Positions 1 to 7,554 of a stretch of DNA of 51,201 bases are shown here, piece after piece. The notes below the pieces were generated by a model that made no database searches, was not told the origin of the DNA, and saw only the letters and a program-made list of their open reading frames with translations. The stretch comes from a virus. Its lineage: Duplodnaviria > Caudoviricetes. Location: the IMG/VR virus record IMGVR_UViG_3300030098_003235, positions 1 through 51,201 of that record; one strand, written 5' to 3'. A program made the position numbers and the translations under genes. Position 1 is the stretch's first letter; every line of letters begins with the position of its first letter.

Positions 1-99
1 ACGTTAAGTTTGCTATATTTTTTTCAGGAGATATAACAGTAGTCATGCTTGTAGGTCTTGTAGAAGCATACACATTTGCTGCTAATTTCACAGCTTTAT
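1..99. repeat. Terminal direct repeat, identical to 51103-51201 (circular assembly overlap)
   Basis: Exact 99-nt match acgttaagtttgc...cacagctttat at both ends; a reading frame runs through the junction. Confidence 0.97.
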
Positions 100-739
100 G
101 TTTATTAGGCGGTGCGGTGTTAACTACGTGGTCTCCATTTTTAACTGCTGTAGTTAATGTATTCTTATCTGCTTTTACAAATTCATTTAGAACTCCCATT
201 TCTACTTTTTTAAATAAATTATACAGTGGGCTGTCTAATTTTAATAGGTTAGCAAATTTTGCATATACAACAGGAATTTTAGGTTTCTGTGTAGACATAG
301 GCCCTTGGGGAGAACGAAAAGTTTTATCATTTTTAATATTGGCTATTAGTTTAGATACATCGCCTATCAACAAACTTCTTTTGTCTGCATCTTTTAAGTA
401 TTCTTGTACTAATTCTCGGTTTTGAGCAAATGCAGATAGGGCATTTATTGATCTTTCTGACCTAGTTTCTCCTTTTGAATATAAAATCGCACCGCCTAAT
501 AGAGATGCTTTGTTTCGAGTCTTGAGATTTGTAGCTTTTATCTTTTCAAGCTCTAGCGCAGAAATATTACGCTGCTGTTGAAGTTCTCTTTGCAAATCCG
601 CTTTAAACCGAGCTTGTTCTCTTTGAAAATCTCTTTCTTCTTCAAGACGTTCCTGTTCCTGTTGGTACTGCCTATTTCTACTAATTCCCTCATCAACTGC
701 ACGTAAGGCACCTCCTAAAAATGCTGTAAAATTAGACAT
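1..739 (-). CDS. 5' part of a ~781-aa putative internal virion (ejection) protein spanning the circular junction
   Basis: Manual translation from ATG 739 (MSNFTAFLGGALRAVDEGISRNRQYQQEQERLEEER...) is stop-free and in frame with 49496..51193; the ATG overlaps the end of the upstream gene; missed by the ORF track. Confidence 0.85.
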   Translation of the reverse strand, partial: MSNFTAFLGGALRAVDEGISRNRQYQQEQERLEEERDFQREQARFKADLQRELQQQRNISALELEKIKATNLKTRNKASLLGGAILYSKGETRSERSINALSAFAQNRELVQEYLKDADKRSLLIGDVSKLIANIKNDKTFRSPQGPMSTQKPKIPVVYAKFANLLKLDSPLYNLFKKVEMGVLNEFVKADKNTLTTAVKNGDHVVNTAPPNKHKAVKLAANVYASTRPTSMTTVISPEKNIANLT

Positions 740-1352
740 CTTCAATACTCTCCTCTTCCATTTCCATAAAACTTTCTGGCTCTTCAGTTACAGACACTTC
801 ATCATCGCTTTCTGTTTGTACAGAGTCTTCAAGTAAAACGTCTGTAGCATACATAACTTTGTCGTACATATCTGGCCTATTTTCTTTCATCATTTTAAGA
901 ACGTCTTCATCAGAAATACGCTCTTGTTCTTCTTTTGTTTTTGGATCAACATTAAATATTGTAGCAGGTATATTTGCTTCTTGTGCTAGACCTATAAAAT
1001 GTGCAGTAATAGGAATTTTAAGAATTTCTGATAAATCAGGTGTCCAATACCCTTCTGTAAAACCTGCAAAAGTTATTGTATTTGTAATTGACTCTATGGG
1101 TACACCAGAAGCCATAAGTCTTACAAAATTTTCTTCTACTTGAGGATTTTCTATTTTGCTAAGAACCCATGACATAGCTTCTTCAGGATCTGTATATTGA
1201 GGAGGGTTTTCCCATGCCCATTTTTGGGGTTCATCTGTAAGAGAATGACCCGGAGGAGGTGCGTTAAACATATCTAACGCTTCTACACTACCTTCTTCGG
1301 GAAGAATTTCTGCTTGTATATCAGAATCAAGTAATTCGTCTTCTATTACCAT
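732..1352 (-). CDS. Conserved phage protein of the virion/ejection module (acidic)
   Basis: 206 aa; motif FNAPPPGHSLT..P..WAWENPPQY recalled from this module in marine podoviruses. Confidence 0.7.
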   Translation of the reverse strand: MVIEDELLDSDIQAEILPEEGSVEALDMFNAPPPGHSLTDEPQKWAWENPPQYTDPEEAMSWVLSKIENPQVEENFVRLMASGVPIESITNTITFAGFTEGYWTPDLSEILKIPITAHFIGLAQEANIPATIFNVDPKTKEEQERISDEDVLKMMKENRPDMYDKVMYATDVLLEDSVQTESDDEVSVTEEPESFMEMEEESIEDV

Positions 1353-1361
1353 AATATAATC

Positions 1362-2006
1362 CTATGTAACTCTGCTTGTAATTGATATTGCTGGTGCTTT
1401 ACCTGTTATATTTGGGCCTTCAGGCTTACCTTCGCCTGTTATTGCTTCAATTATAGCTTGATTTCTTTCTCTTGCTGCTTCTCTGTAAAGTCTATCTTGC
1501 ATTAATCTCGCAGCATCTGACCCTCTTTGTGACTGATTAATTAATGATGCAATAACATTATCAGAACGAACTTTTTGCGCTGAAAATTGACCGCTGGCTG
1601 CTCTTCCTGCAGGAGAAAAAGATCCTGATCTTGATCTTGGGGATGTAGGCATCCTCCTTTGTTGTCTTTGTCTTCCCTTTGTAACAGATCTTGCGCCTTT
1701 AGCAAAACCTGATATTGCTTCAATTGTATCACTACTCAATTTAAGACCATCTTCACCTAATATATAATTTTTAATTTTATCGCCTATACTCGTGTCATTA
1801 AAATCACTATCTTCAGTATAAAGAAAACCTTGATTATCATACTCAAAATCAAATATTTCATTACCATCTTCATTTTGAGTTCTAAGGTCTTCTTCTGTAG
1901 TGCCGGGAGCATAAAAACCTCCGCTTATTCCCCCCAGTTCTAAATCAATATTATTCTTATTATCATCTCCCCCAAACAAATTTGAAAAAAAACCAAAATA
2001 ATCCAT
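1362..2006 (-). CDS. Hypothetical protein, putative internal virion protein
   Basis: 214 aa; acidic N-half, basic C-half; AGGAG RBS; in the late operon. Confidence 0.65.
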   Translation of the reverse strand: MDYFGFFSNLFGGDDNKNNIDLELGGISGGFYAPGTTEEDLRTQNEDGNEIFDFEYDNQGFLYTEDSDFNDTSIGDKIKNYILGEDGLKLSSDTIEAISGFAKGARSVTKGRQRQQRRMPTSPRSRSGSFSPAGRAASGQFSAQKVRSDNVIASLINQSQRGSDAARLMQDRLYREAARERNQAIIEAITGEGKPEGPNITGKAPAISITSRVT

Positions 2007-2016
2007 ATCTATGCTC

Positions 2017-4164
2017 CTAATCTAATATTCCAAATATACCATTTACAACTGTTGAACCTAAACTATCATAAAATGCTGTATCTCTATCTTTTTCATATTG
2101 ATTAGCATCAAATGTTTGTTGTTGTGCAAGAATAGCAATATTATGCGCTCTTTGTTTATCATTTTCAGATATCTGCATAGCCCACCCTGCTTCATCTCTA
2201 TATCTTTGCCACAACTTATCCATAGCTGTTTGTGTAAACCCTAACAGGTTAAGAGCATTTACTCTATTCGCTTCATTTTGTTGTGTAGTATTTGCTGTAT
2301 TTATACTTCTTCTCCAAGAGGCATTGGATTGTTGAATAATAGATTCATTTTGAATGTTAAATCTTTCTCTAGCATCATTCATTTTTGCAAAATAACGTTT
2401 ACCTGCATTGATTTGATCTGCGTTAAATTGATTCATAGCTGCCATACGGCTAGAGTTTGCGTTTGCCACTTGTACCTCTAATTCAGAAAAAAACTGATCT
2501 ACTTGCATTTGAGATTTAGCATTAAATTGTCTAGAAGCGTTTTCCTGTGCTTGATCGTTAAACATCTTTTGAAACTGGCTTTGTAAATCAATAGTCTTCA
2601 ACTGCTGTTGATTATTTAAATTTGCAGTATCCATTTGTAAAAATGCACGAGCGTTATTGACCGCTGCAGTCATTCGCGCATCTAGATTTGCTTTATCCAT
2701 AGCTGCAAATGTCAAGGCATTTTGTAAAGCGGTCTGCTGCTTATTTCTTAAATTTGCTATTTGAATTGTCGCATATTTGTTTGCATCTTCTTTTGCTATG
2801 CTTATTCCAGATTCCATCATGGCTTGAGTAATAGCTGCTGCAGCCATAGAAGATCTGCCCATTCCTCTTTGTGCCATCATTGCGCCAGCATTACGTACAG
2901 CAGGTGCTGCCCATGCTGGAGGAGGTTTACCTTCTTCAAATGAATCAAATAGCTGATCCATTTGATACTTAATAGTAGCTCTTTCATCGAGTTCTTCAGT
3001 AGCAGCAGTAGCTATTGCTTGTTGAGATACTGCTCCTTGTATGTCACCAATAAGAGATTCAGAAGAAGGCTGACCCTGCGCTGCAATATATTCGGGTGTG
3101 CCTTCCTGTACATAAGAAGAATATGTTTGTGCATTTGTTCTTGGAGGAGTAGCTATTTCTAAACCTGTTGTAGCAGCAGTAAGCAGAGTAGCAGCTTCAC
3201 CCTCGATAGGATCAGCAGAACGTATTTCTGCAAAAAGTTCATCTTCTTTTATTACTAAATCATCAGGATCAATCGCTGTACCTGCAGGAAGGTCTGTTGG
3301 GACAGAGCCTACTCCAGCTTGTGCCGCAGTTTGACCTATAGTTCTTGTTTCTAAACCTATTGGGGGTGCAGGAACGGCAGGGCCTGTTGGGTTAGGGTTA
3401 ACAGCGGTCTGCGCTCCAAATGTAACTCGTTGCCCTTGAGGATTAAAAATTATATCGGGGCCATCAGCCAATCCTTCTAGTTGACTAACTGTATACCCCC
3501 TCTGAGTCAAAAACTCTTTAAACTCAGGTGTAAGTTCCTGTCTAAAATATTTTCGATCTTCTGTAGGAGGGGCCTTTTCAAAGTTAGTTCTAGGCCCTGT
3601 AAACTGGTCAAAAACAGGGTCTACTAATGGGCGCTGGAAGGGAGTAAGCTTATCCATATTGCGATCATCTGTAGGCGAGGGAAAAAAATCTCGTATATCA
3701 CGATCAGAAGGGAAACTATACAGACCTGTTACTGGATCATAGTCTGCTCTATCTGTAATAAGACCCGGAGGTTCAGCAGGGCGTATCATTGGTTCCGTAA
3801 AAGGGCCAGTGCTAGGAAGAGTAGGTTGTGTAACAGGTTGCGGAGCAGGTTGAGGTGCAGGTTGTGTAACAGGTTGCGGAACAGGTTGAGGTGCAGGTTG
3901 AGGTGCGTTATATCCAAGAACATAATTTGTAAGAGGGTTACCGTCAACTTCTGTTTCCTGTTTGGTTATTGTAGCTCCACCACCAAGATCCCCTAAAGGG
4001 CGATTAGCTTGTAAATTTTGTTCGTAAGCTCTTGCTAAAACATCTTGTTGAGTTTCATATACAGGTTTATCCTGTTCATCTACTCCTATTTGTGTAGGTG
4101 GCCCCATAGACAACCTACCAGAAGCATCTCTTACAAGACCGGGGTAATTTGGTAATTGCGCCAT
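2017..4164 (-). CDS. Putative internal virion/ejection protein
   Basis: 715 aa; Pro-rich N-half, PAWAAPAVR...RGMGRSSMA motif, long A/Q/N-rich helical C-half. Confidence 0.75.
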   Translation of the reverse strand: MAQLPNYPGLVRDASGRLSMGPPTQIGVDEQDKPVYETQQDVLARAYEQNLQANRPLGDLGGGATITKQETEVDGNPLTNYVLGYNAPQPAPQPVPQPVTQPAPQPAPQPVTQPTLPSTGPFTEPMIRPAEPPGLITDRADYDPVTGLYSFPSDRDIRDFFPSPTDDRNMDKLTPFQRPLVDPVFDQFTGPRTNFEKAPPTEDRKYFRQELTPEFKEFLTQRGYTVSQLEGLADGPDIIFNPQGQRVTFGAQTAVNPNPTGPAVPAPPIGLETRTIGQTAAQAGVGSVPTDLPAGTAIDPDDLVIKEDELFAEIRSADPIEGEAATLLTAATTGLEIATPPRTNAQTYSSYVQEGTPEYIAAQGQPSSESLIGDIQGAVSQQAIATAATEELDERATIKYQMDQLFDSFEEGKPPPAWAAPAVRNAGAMMAQRGMGRSSMAAAAITQAMMESGISIAKEDANKYATIQIANLRNKQQTALQNALTFAAMDKANLDARMTAAVNNARAFLQMDTANLNNQQQLKTIDLQSQFQKMFNDQAQENASRQFNAKSQMQVDQFFSELEVQVANANSSRMAAMNQFNADQINAGKRYFAKMNDARERFNIQNESIIQQSNASWRRSINTANTTQQNEANRVNALNLLGFTQTAMDKLWQRYRDEAGWAMQISENDKQRAHNIAILAQQQTFDANQYEKDRDTAFYDSLGSTVVNGIFGILD
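2074..2118. repeat. 45-bp dispersed direct repeat, copy 1 (copy 2 at 49514-49558)
   Basis: tgctgtatctctatctttttcatattga(t/c)tagcatcaaatg(t/a)ttg; 43/45 identical. Confidence 0.95.
3823..3906. repeat. Seven tandem 12-bp units encoding a (A/V)(P/T)QP linker
   Basis: Units aggttgtgtaac / aggttgcggagc / aggttgaggtgc etc. Confidence 0.9.
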
Positions 4165-4188
4165 TATATCTCTTTCACTCTATAAAGT

Positions 4189-4395
4189 TTAACAACCAGA
4201 ATCATTATCCTCATTGTTTTTTCTATTTGCTACAGAAAATAAATCTTCTGCTTTTTCTTTGTTTTTTAACGTTTCTACTTCTTTTAAGACAAGAGCTAAC
4301 TTAGCTTTTAAATTTGCATTGGCTGCTAATACACTATTTCTTTGATTGACTAAAATATCTACAAGTTCTTGTGTCGAGTTTAATTCTTTATCCAT
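4189..4395 (-). CDS. Small coiled-coil protein
   Basis: Likely start MDKELN at 4395; LVNQRNSVLAANANLKAKL heptads. Confidence 0.6.
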   Translation of the reverse strand: MDKELNSTQELVDILVNQRNSVLAANANLKAKLALVLKEVETLKNKEKAEDLFSVANRKNNEDNDSGC

Positions 4396-4576
4396 CTTTT
4401 TTTGTTCCTTTCTTTTTAATAAAAACACTCCACAATCTTGCTATCAATAATATAGAACCACCTATTAACATAAATAGTTGTAAACTTTGCTCTACCCATT
4501 GCAACCATATTGGTGTTGTTACCATACCTGTTGCAATAGCTGTATCTATTATTAGTTTTGGATCTGGAGAAGACAT
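4388..4576 (-). CDS. Small membrane protein, holin-like
   Basis: 62 aa; hydrophobic segments and Lys-rich C-terminus. Confidence 0.55.
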   Translation of the reverse strand: MSSPDPKLIIDTAIATGMVTTPIWLQWVEQSLQLFMLIGGSILLIARLWSVFIKKKGTKKDG

Positions 4577-4580
4577 ATAT

Positions 4581-4609
4581 ATTATACCTGTTTTTTAATT
4601 AAAAGTCAA
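4581..4609 (-). promoter_or_regulatory. Sigma70-type promoter inside the late arm
   Basis: TTGACT-17 nt-TATAAT, ending 4 nt before ATG 4576. Confidence 0.7.
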
Positions 4610-4616
4610 GTTATTT

Positions 4617-5150
4617 TTACCGTTTAAGTAAAGGATTATTTAGTGCATCTCTTAGTTTCTTATCTTGTCTTTTTTCAAATGTATCTAACTTTGAATCTAT
4701 ACCATTTATCTTAGCATCAAATCTACTAGAAGCTGATTCAGTAATATCACGAATATTTTTTTCTGCTTGTCGTAGTGCAGATCGTGTTTCTGCATCTAAA
4801 GCTCTTGACCTACGATCTACAGAGGATATACCTTCATATAGTTTAGTAGCATCAGCACGTACATCTTGACGTGTATCTCGTACAATATCCTGTACTTCTC
4901 CAACACGCACACGTACAGCATCCATTTGTTTTGTTACTGTATTCATTGTTTTGTTCATTACAGCTAGTTTCTTGTCAAAACCACTTAGGTCGGGGGCCGT
5001 ATAGCTTTCTATCTTTTCACGCATGTCCATATAATCTTTGTAAAATTCAAAAGCCCCATACAAACCGCCTACAAACGTAGACAGGCCCATGACCACAGCT
5101 AACATTTTGCCGCCTTTAAATTTTACGCCGCCAACCTCTACTTCAGCCAT
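4617..5150 (-). CDS. Membrane-anchored coiled-coil protein (cassette gene C)
   Basis: 177 aa; N-terminal hydrophobic helix MLAVVMGLSTFVGGLYGAF, long heptad region, NNPL end; TAATG-coupled to the upstream gene. Confidence 0.75.
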   Translation of the reverse strand: MAEVEVGGVKFKGGKMLAVVMGLSTFVGGLYGAFEFYKDYMDMREKIESYTAPDLSGFDKKLAVMNKTMNTVTKQMDAVRVRVGEVQDIVRDTRQDVRADATKLYEGISSVDRRSRALDAETRSALRQAEKNIRDITESASSRFDAKINGIDSKLDTFEKRQDKKLRDALNNPLLKR

Positions 5151-6562
5151 TATTTACTCCACTGACTTTCTATAAGATCGTTGTGCAGACCATTAGACTG
5201 ACCAAAGACTTGGTAATTTTGCATACGATCAATCATGCTAGGGCCATCAGGAATAGTAGAACTTGTAAAAAAATTAGGAACATCAGGAATAGTTGTTCCT
5301 TTAAATATACTTTTATTGTTAGCGATCATTCCCATTGCAACAAGTGTAACAGTCTGGGCCGTATTTCCATATTTTTGACTAGGCGCAATGTTGTCAACTA
5401 CTGTTTGAGCAGCAGTTGCTGGAGTTACAACAACAGGAACAGAAACTGCTGTTGTAGATGTTGTAGCAACAGTCTTTCGTGCTGTTTTTCCTTTTGTTTT
5501 CTGAGGCCGTCCTTTTGAAACTGTTTTAGGTGCAGACTGTGGTTCAGAAGGGCTGGGTTCAGAAACAGATTGAGAAGTAGGTTCAGGAGTAGGTTCTATA
5601 GTATTTTCTATTTGAGATTCTGCTTGTTGAGTTTCTGCCTGTTGAGTTTCAGATTGTTGGACAACAGGAGTAATTGTTGGTGCTGCAGGTGCTACAGGCT
5701 CGATAACAGGTGTCTGTATTGTTGTTTCAACAGTGGTTTCTGCTGTGCTTGTTGGTGCAGAAATAGTAACAGGAGCAGGAGTAGGAGAAGGTTCTACAGG
5801 TTGTACTGAAGCTACGCTAGTATATGTTTCAAGTACAGGAACAGTTGTTATTGATACTGTAGAAATAGGAACAACATCTGTCGTTACCGTTGATGCATCC
5901 ATAATATCATTATGGGTTTGGGTTTCTATAACATCATTTATTACTGTTGCTGTATCCTCAATCACCAACGCTGTCTGGTAGTCTATTGTAAGGCTAGGGT
6001 TAGAAAACTGTGGGCCGTAAAATCCAGATGGATACCCTGCATCTATGCCGTATAATTCTAATATTCCTGTTAAAACACCATAGCTGTTTGTTGCAACTGT
6101 ATCTGCATAATTGAAGTTTTTTAACCCTGTCCAGTTTAATTCTTCTTGATGTACAAAAGTTTCTACTGCAGTATTTCCATCTTTTAATGTGATAGTAAGT
6201 TTAAATATATCTCGGCAGTCTCCTGATTGCATTACACCATTTGCACACGTAGATAACCTGCTGTTTGAAGAGTGGCTGTCAATTGTTATTCCACTATTTA
6301 AAGTAAACCCTTGTCTAACTTCATCTTTAGTTAATGGAACATTAAAATTTGAAGTATATGTTCCTCCACCGCCATTTGTTCCACTTGTACAATATTCTCC
6401 AGAACTACACCCATGCCCCTGTCCTACAGACGTACTTCCTGAACGTGTAAAATCACTCATGCCCGGAACAAGGTTTGAAGTTGTGAGATCTTCTGCTTTA
6501 TTAGGTGTACACAACATAAGCGAACCTAACGCTATAGTAAATATACAAAGAAAACACTTCAT
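5150..6562 (-). CDS. Exported protein with Cys-paired beta-rich domain and P/T/E/Q-rich stalk (cassette gene B)
   Basis: 470 aa; signal-peptide-like N-terminus ending NKA; TAATG-coupled at both ends. Confidence 0.75.
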   Translation of the reverse strand: MKCFLCIFTIALGSLMLCTPNKAEDLTTSNLVPGMSDFTRSGSTSVGQGHGCSSGEYCTSGTNGGGGTYTSNFNVPLTKDEVRQGFTLNSGITIDSHSSNSRLSTCANGVMQSGDCRDIFKLTITLKDGNTAVETFVHQEELNWTGLKNFNYADTVATNSYGVLTGILELYGIDAGYPSGFYGPQFSNPSLTIDYQTALVIEDTATVINDVIETQTHNDIMDASTVTTDVVPISTVSITTVPVLETYTSVASVQPVEPSPTPAPVTISAPTSTAETTVETTIQTPVIEPVAPAAPTITPVVQQSETQQAETQQAESQIENTIEPTPEPTSQSVSEPSPSEPQSAPKTVSKGRPQKTKGKTARKTVATTSTTAVSVPVVVTPATAAQTVVDNIAPSQKYGNTAQTVTLVAMGMIANNKSIFKGTTIPDVPNFFTSSTIPDGPSMIDRMQNYQVFGQSNGLHNDLIESQWSK

Positions 6563-7230
6563 TAGTCGTTAACCTCTTCAAAAGGATTATAAATTGTATC
6601 CTGTTGATTTAATTTTTCTTGCTTTTTTTCTTCTGCTTCTTCTTTTGCAATTCGTTCAGCTTGTGCTTTTTTAAGTGCTACTTTACGAATTTTTGTACCT
6701 TTAGGAGAGGCTGTTGGATTTTTTAACCATGCTTGTTTAGCTTGTGTTCCAATCTTACCTTGGTAGGGACAGGGTGTACCTGCCTCAAACATAGCATCAA
6801 ACACTCTTGCATCTTGGCACAGAAGGCTTACACCAGCCACTTTTAATCCCATTCCATACAGACTACGTGCTAACTTTAAACGTTCACAATTTTTATCGCG
6901 TACTGTAGTTCCAACTGCTGCACCAAATACTGAAGTCTGTACAGCAGAACTTATTCCCGATACACATACGTCAGAGTTATTTACAACAACAGAAGGCGCA
7001 GATGCCGTAGATGGAGCTTTATCTATTACTGTACTTCCTGTCGTATTACTGGATACTGTATTTGATGCAGTTGTGTTACTTACTGTATTAGAAGAAGAAC
7101 TAACAGTATTAGAACTACTGCTTATAGTGTTGCTAGTAGTTGTATTAGTTACAGTATCTGTTGCATATATAGGAATTGGAAACAATGTAAAAGAAATAGC
7201 CAATAGTCCTAGTACAAATTTCTTTATCAA
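6562..7230 (-). CDS. Exported Cys-containing phage protein (cassette gene A)
   Basis: 222 aa; signal peptide ending IYA, S/T/N linker, domain SAPS..SDVC..DKNCERLKL..LLCQD..GTPCP; TTG start with AAGGAAG RBS. Confidence 0.75.
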   Translation of the reverse strand: MIKKFVLGLLAISFTLFPIPIYATDTVTNTTTSNTISSSSNTVSSSSNTVSNTTASNTVSSNTTGSTVIDKAPSTASAPSVVVNNSDVCVSGISSAVQTSVFGAAVGTTVRDKNCERLKLARSLYGMGLKVAGVSLLCQDARVFDAMFEAGTPCPYQGKIGTQAKQAWLKNPTASPKGTKIRKVALKKAQAERIAKEEAEEKKQEKLNQQDTIYNPFEEVND

Positions 7231-7246
7231 AATTATACTTCCTTTT

Positions 7247-7543
7247 TTAAACTAGACTTTCTTTTTCTACAGTATCTTTAAAGTTTGTTTTAACAGTATT
7301 TGTCCACAACGCATTAGCTATTGACTGTACTGATGCGTCTTCTCCACTTATATCTGTATCTGTATGTACCCAACTACCATCAGAATTTTTAACAGATGAA
7401 TATGGAACAATAGAATGTCTATGTGGAACTCTTGATATTTCAACACCATCTTCTTTAATAATAGTATCTACTCTTACAGATATTGCACCACTAGTTGGAT
7501 TAGAATCAATTTTCAAAATTTCAATTTCTTTTGTAATAGCCAT
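7247..7543 (-). CDS. Tail-fibre-associated small protein (possible chaperone)
   Basis: 98 aa directly after the tail fibre; IKEDGVEISR..HRH..DISGED..VQSIA motif. Confidence 0.6.
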   Translation of the reverse strand: MAITKEIEILKIDSNPTSGAISVRVDTIIKEDGVEISRVPHRHSIVPYSSVKNSDGSWVHTDTDISGEDASVQSIANALWTNTVKTNFKDTVEKESLV

Positions 7544-7554
7544 TTTATTATTTC

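Noticed and set aside
45-425. Plus-strand 126-aa ORF and the many other short antisense or nested ORFs in the track
   Set aside because: They shadow longer motif-bearing genes and show no recognisable motifs
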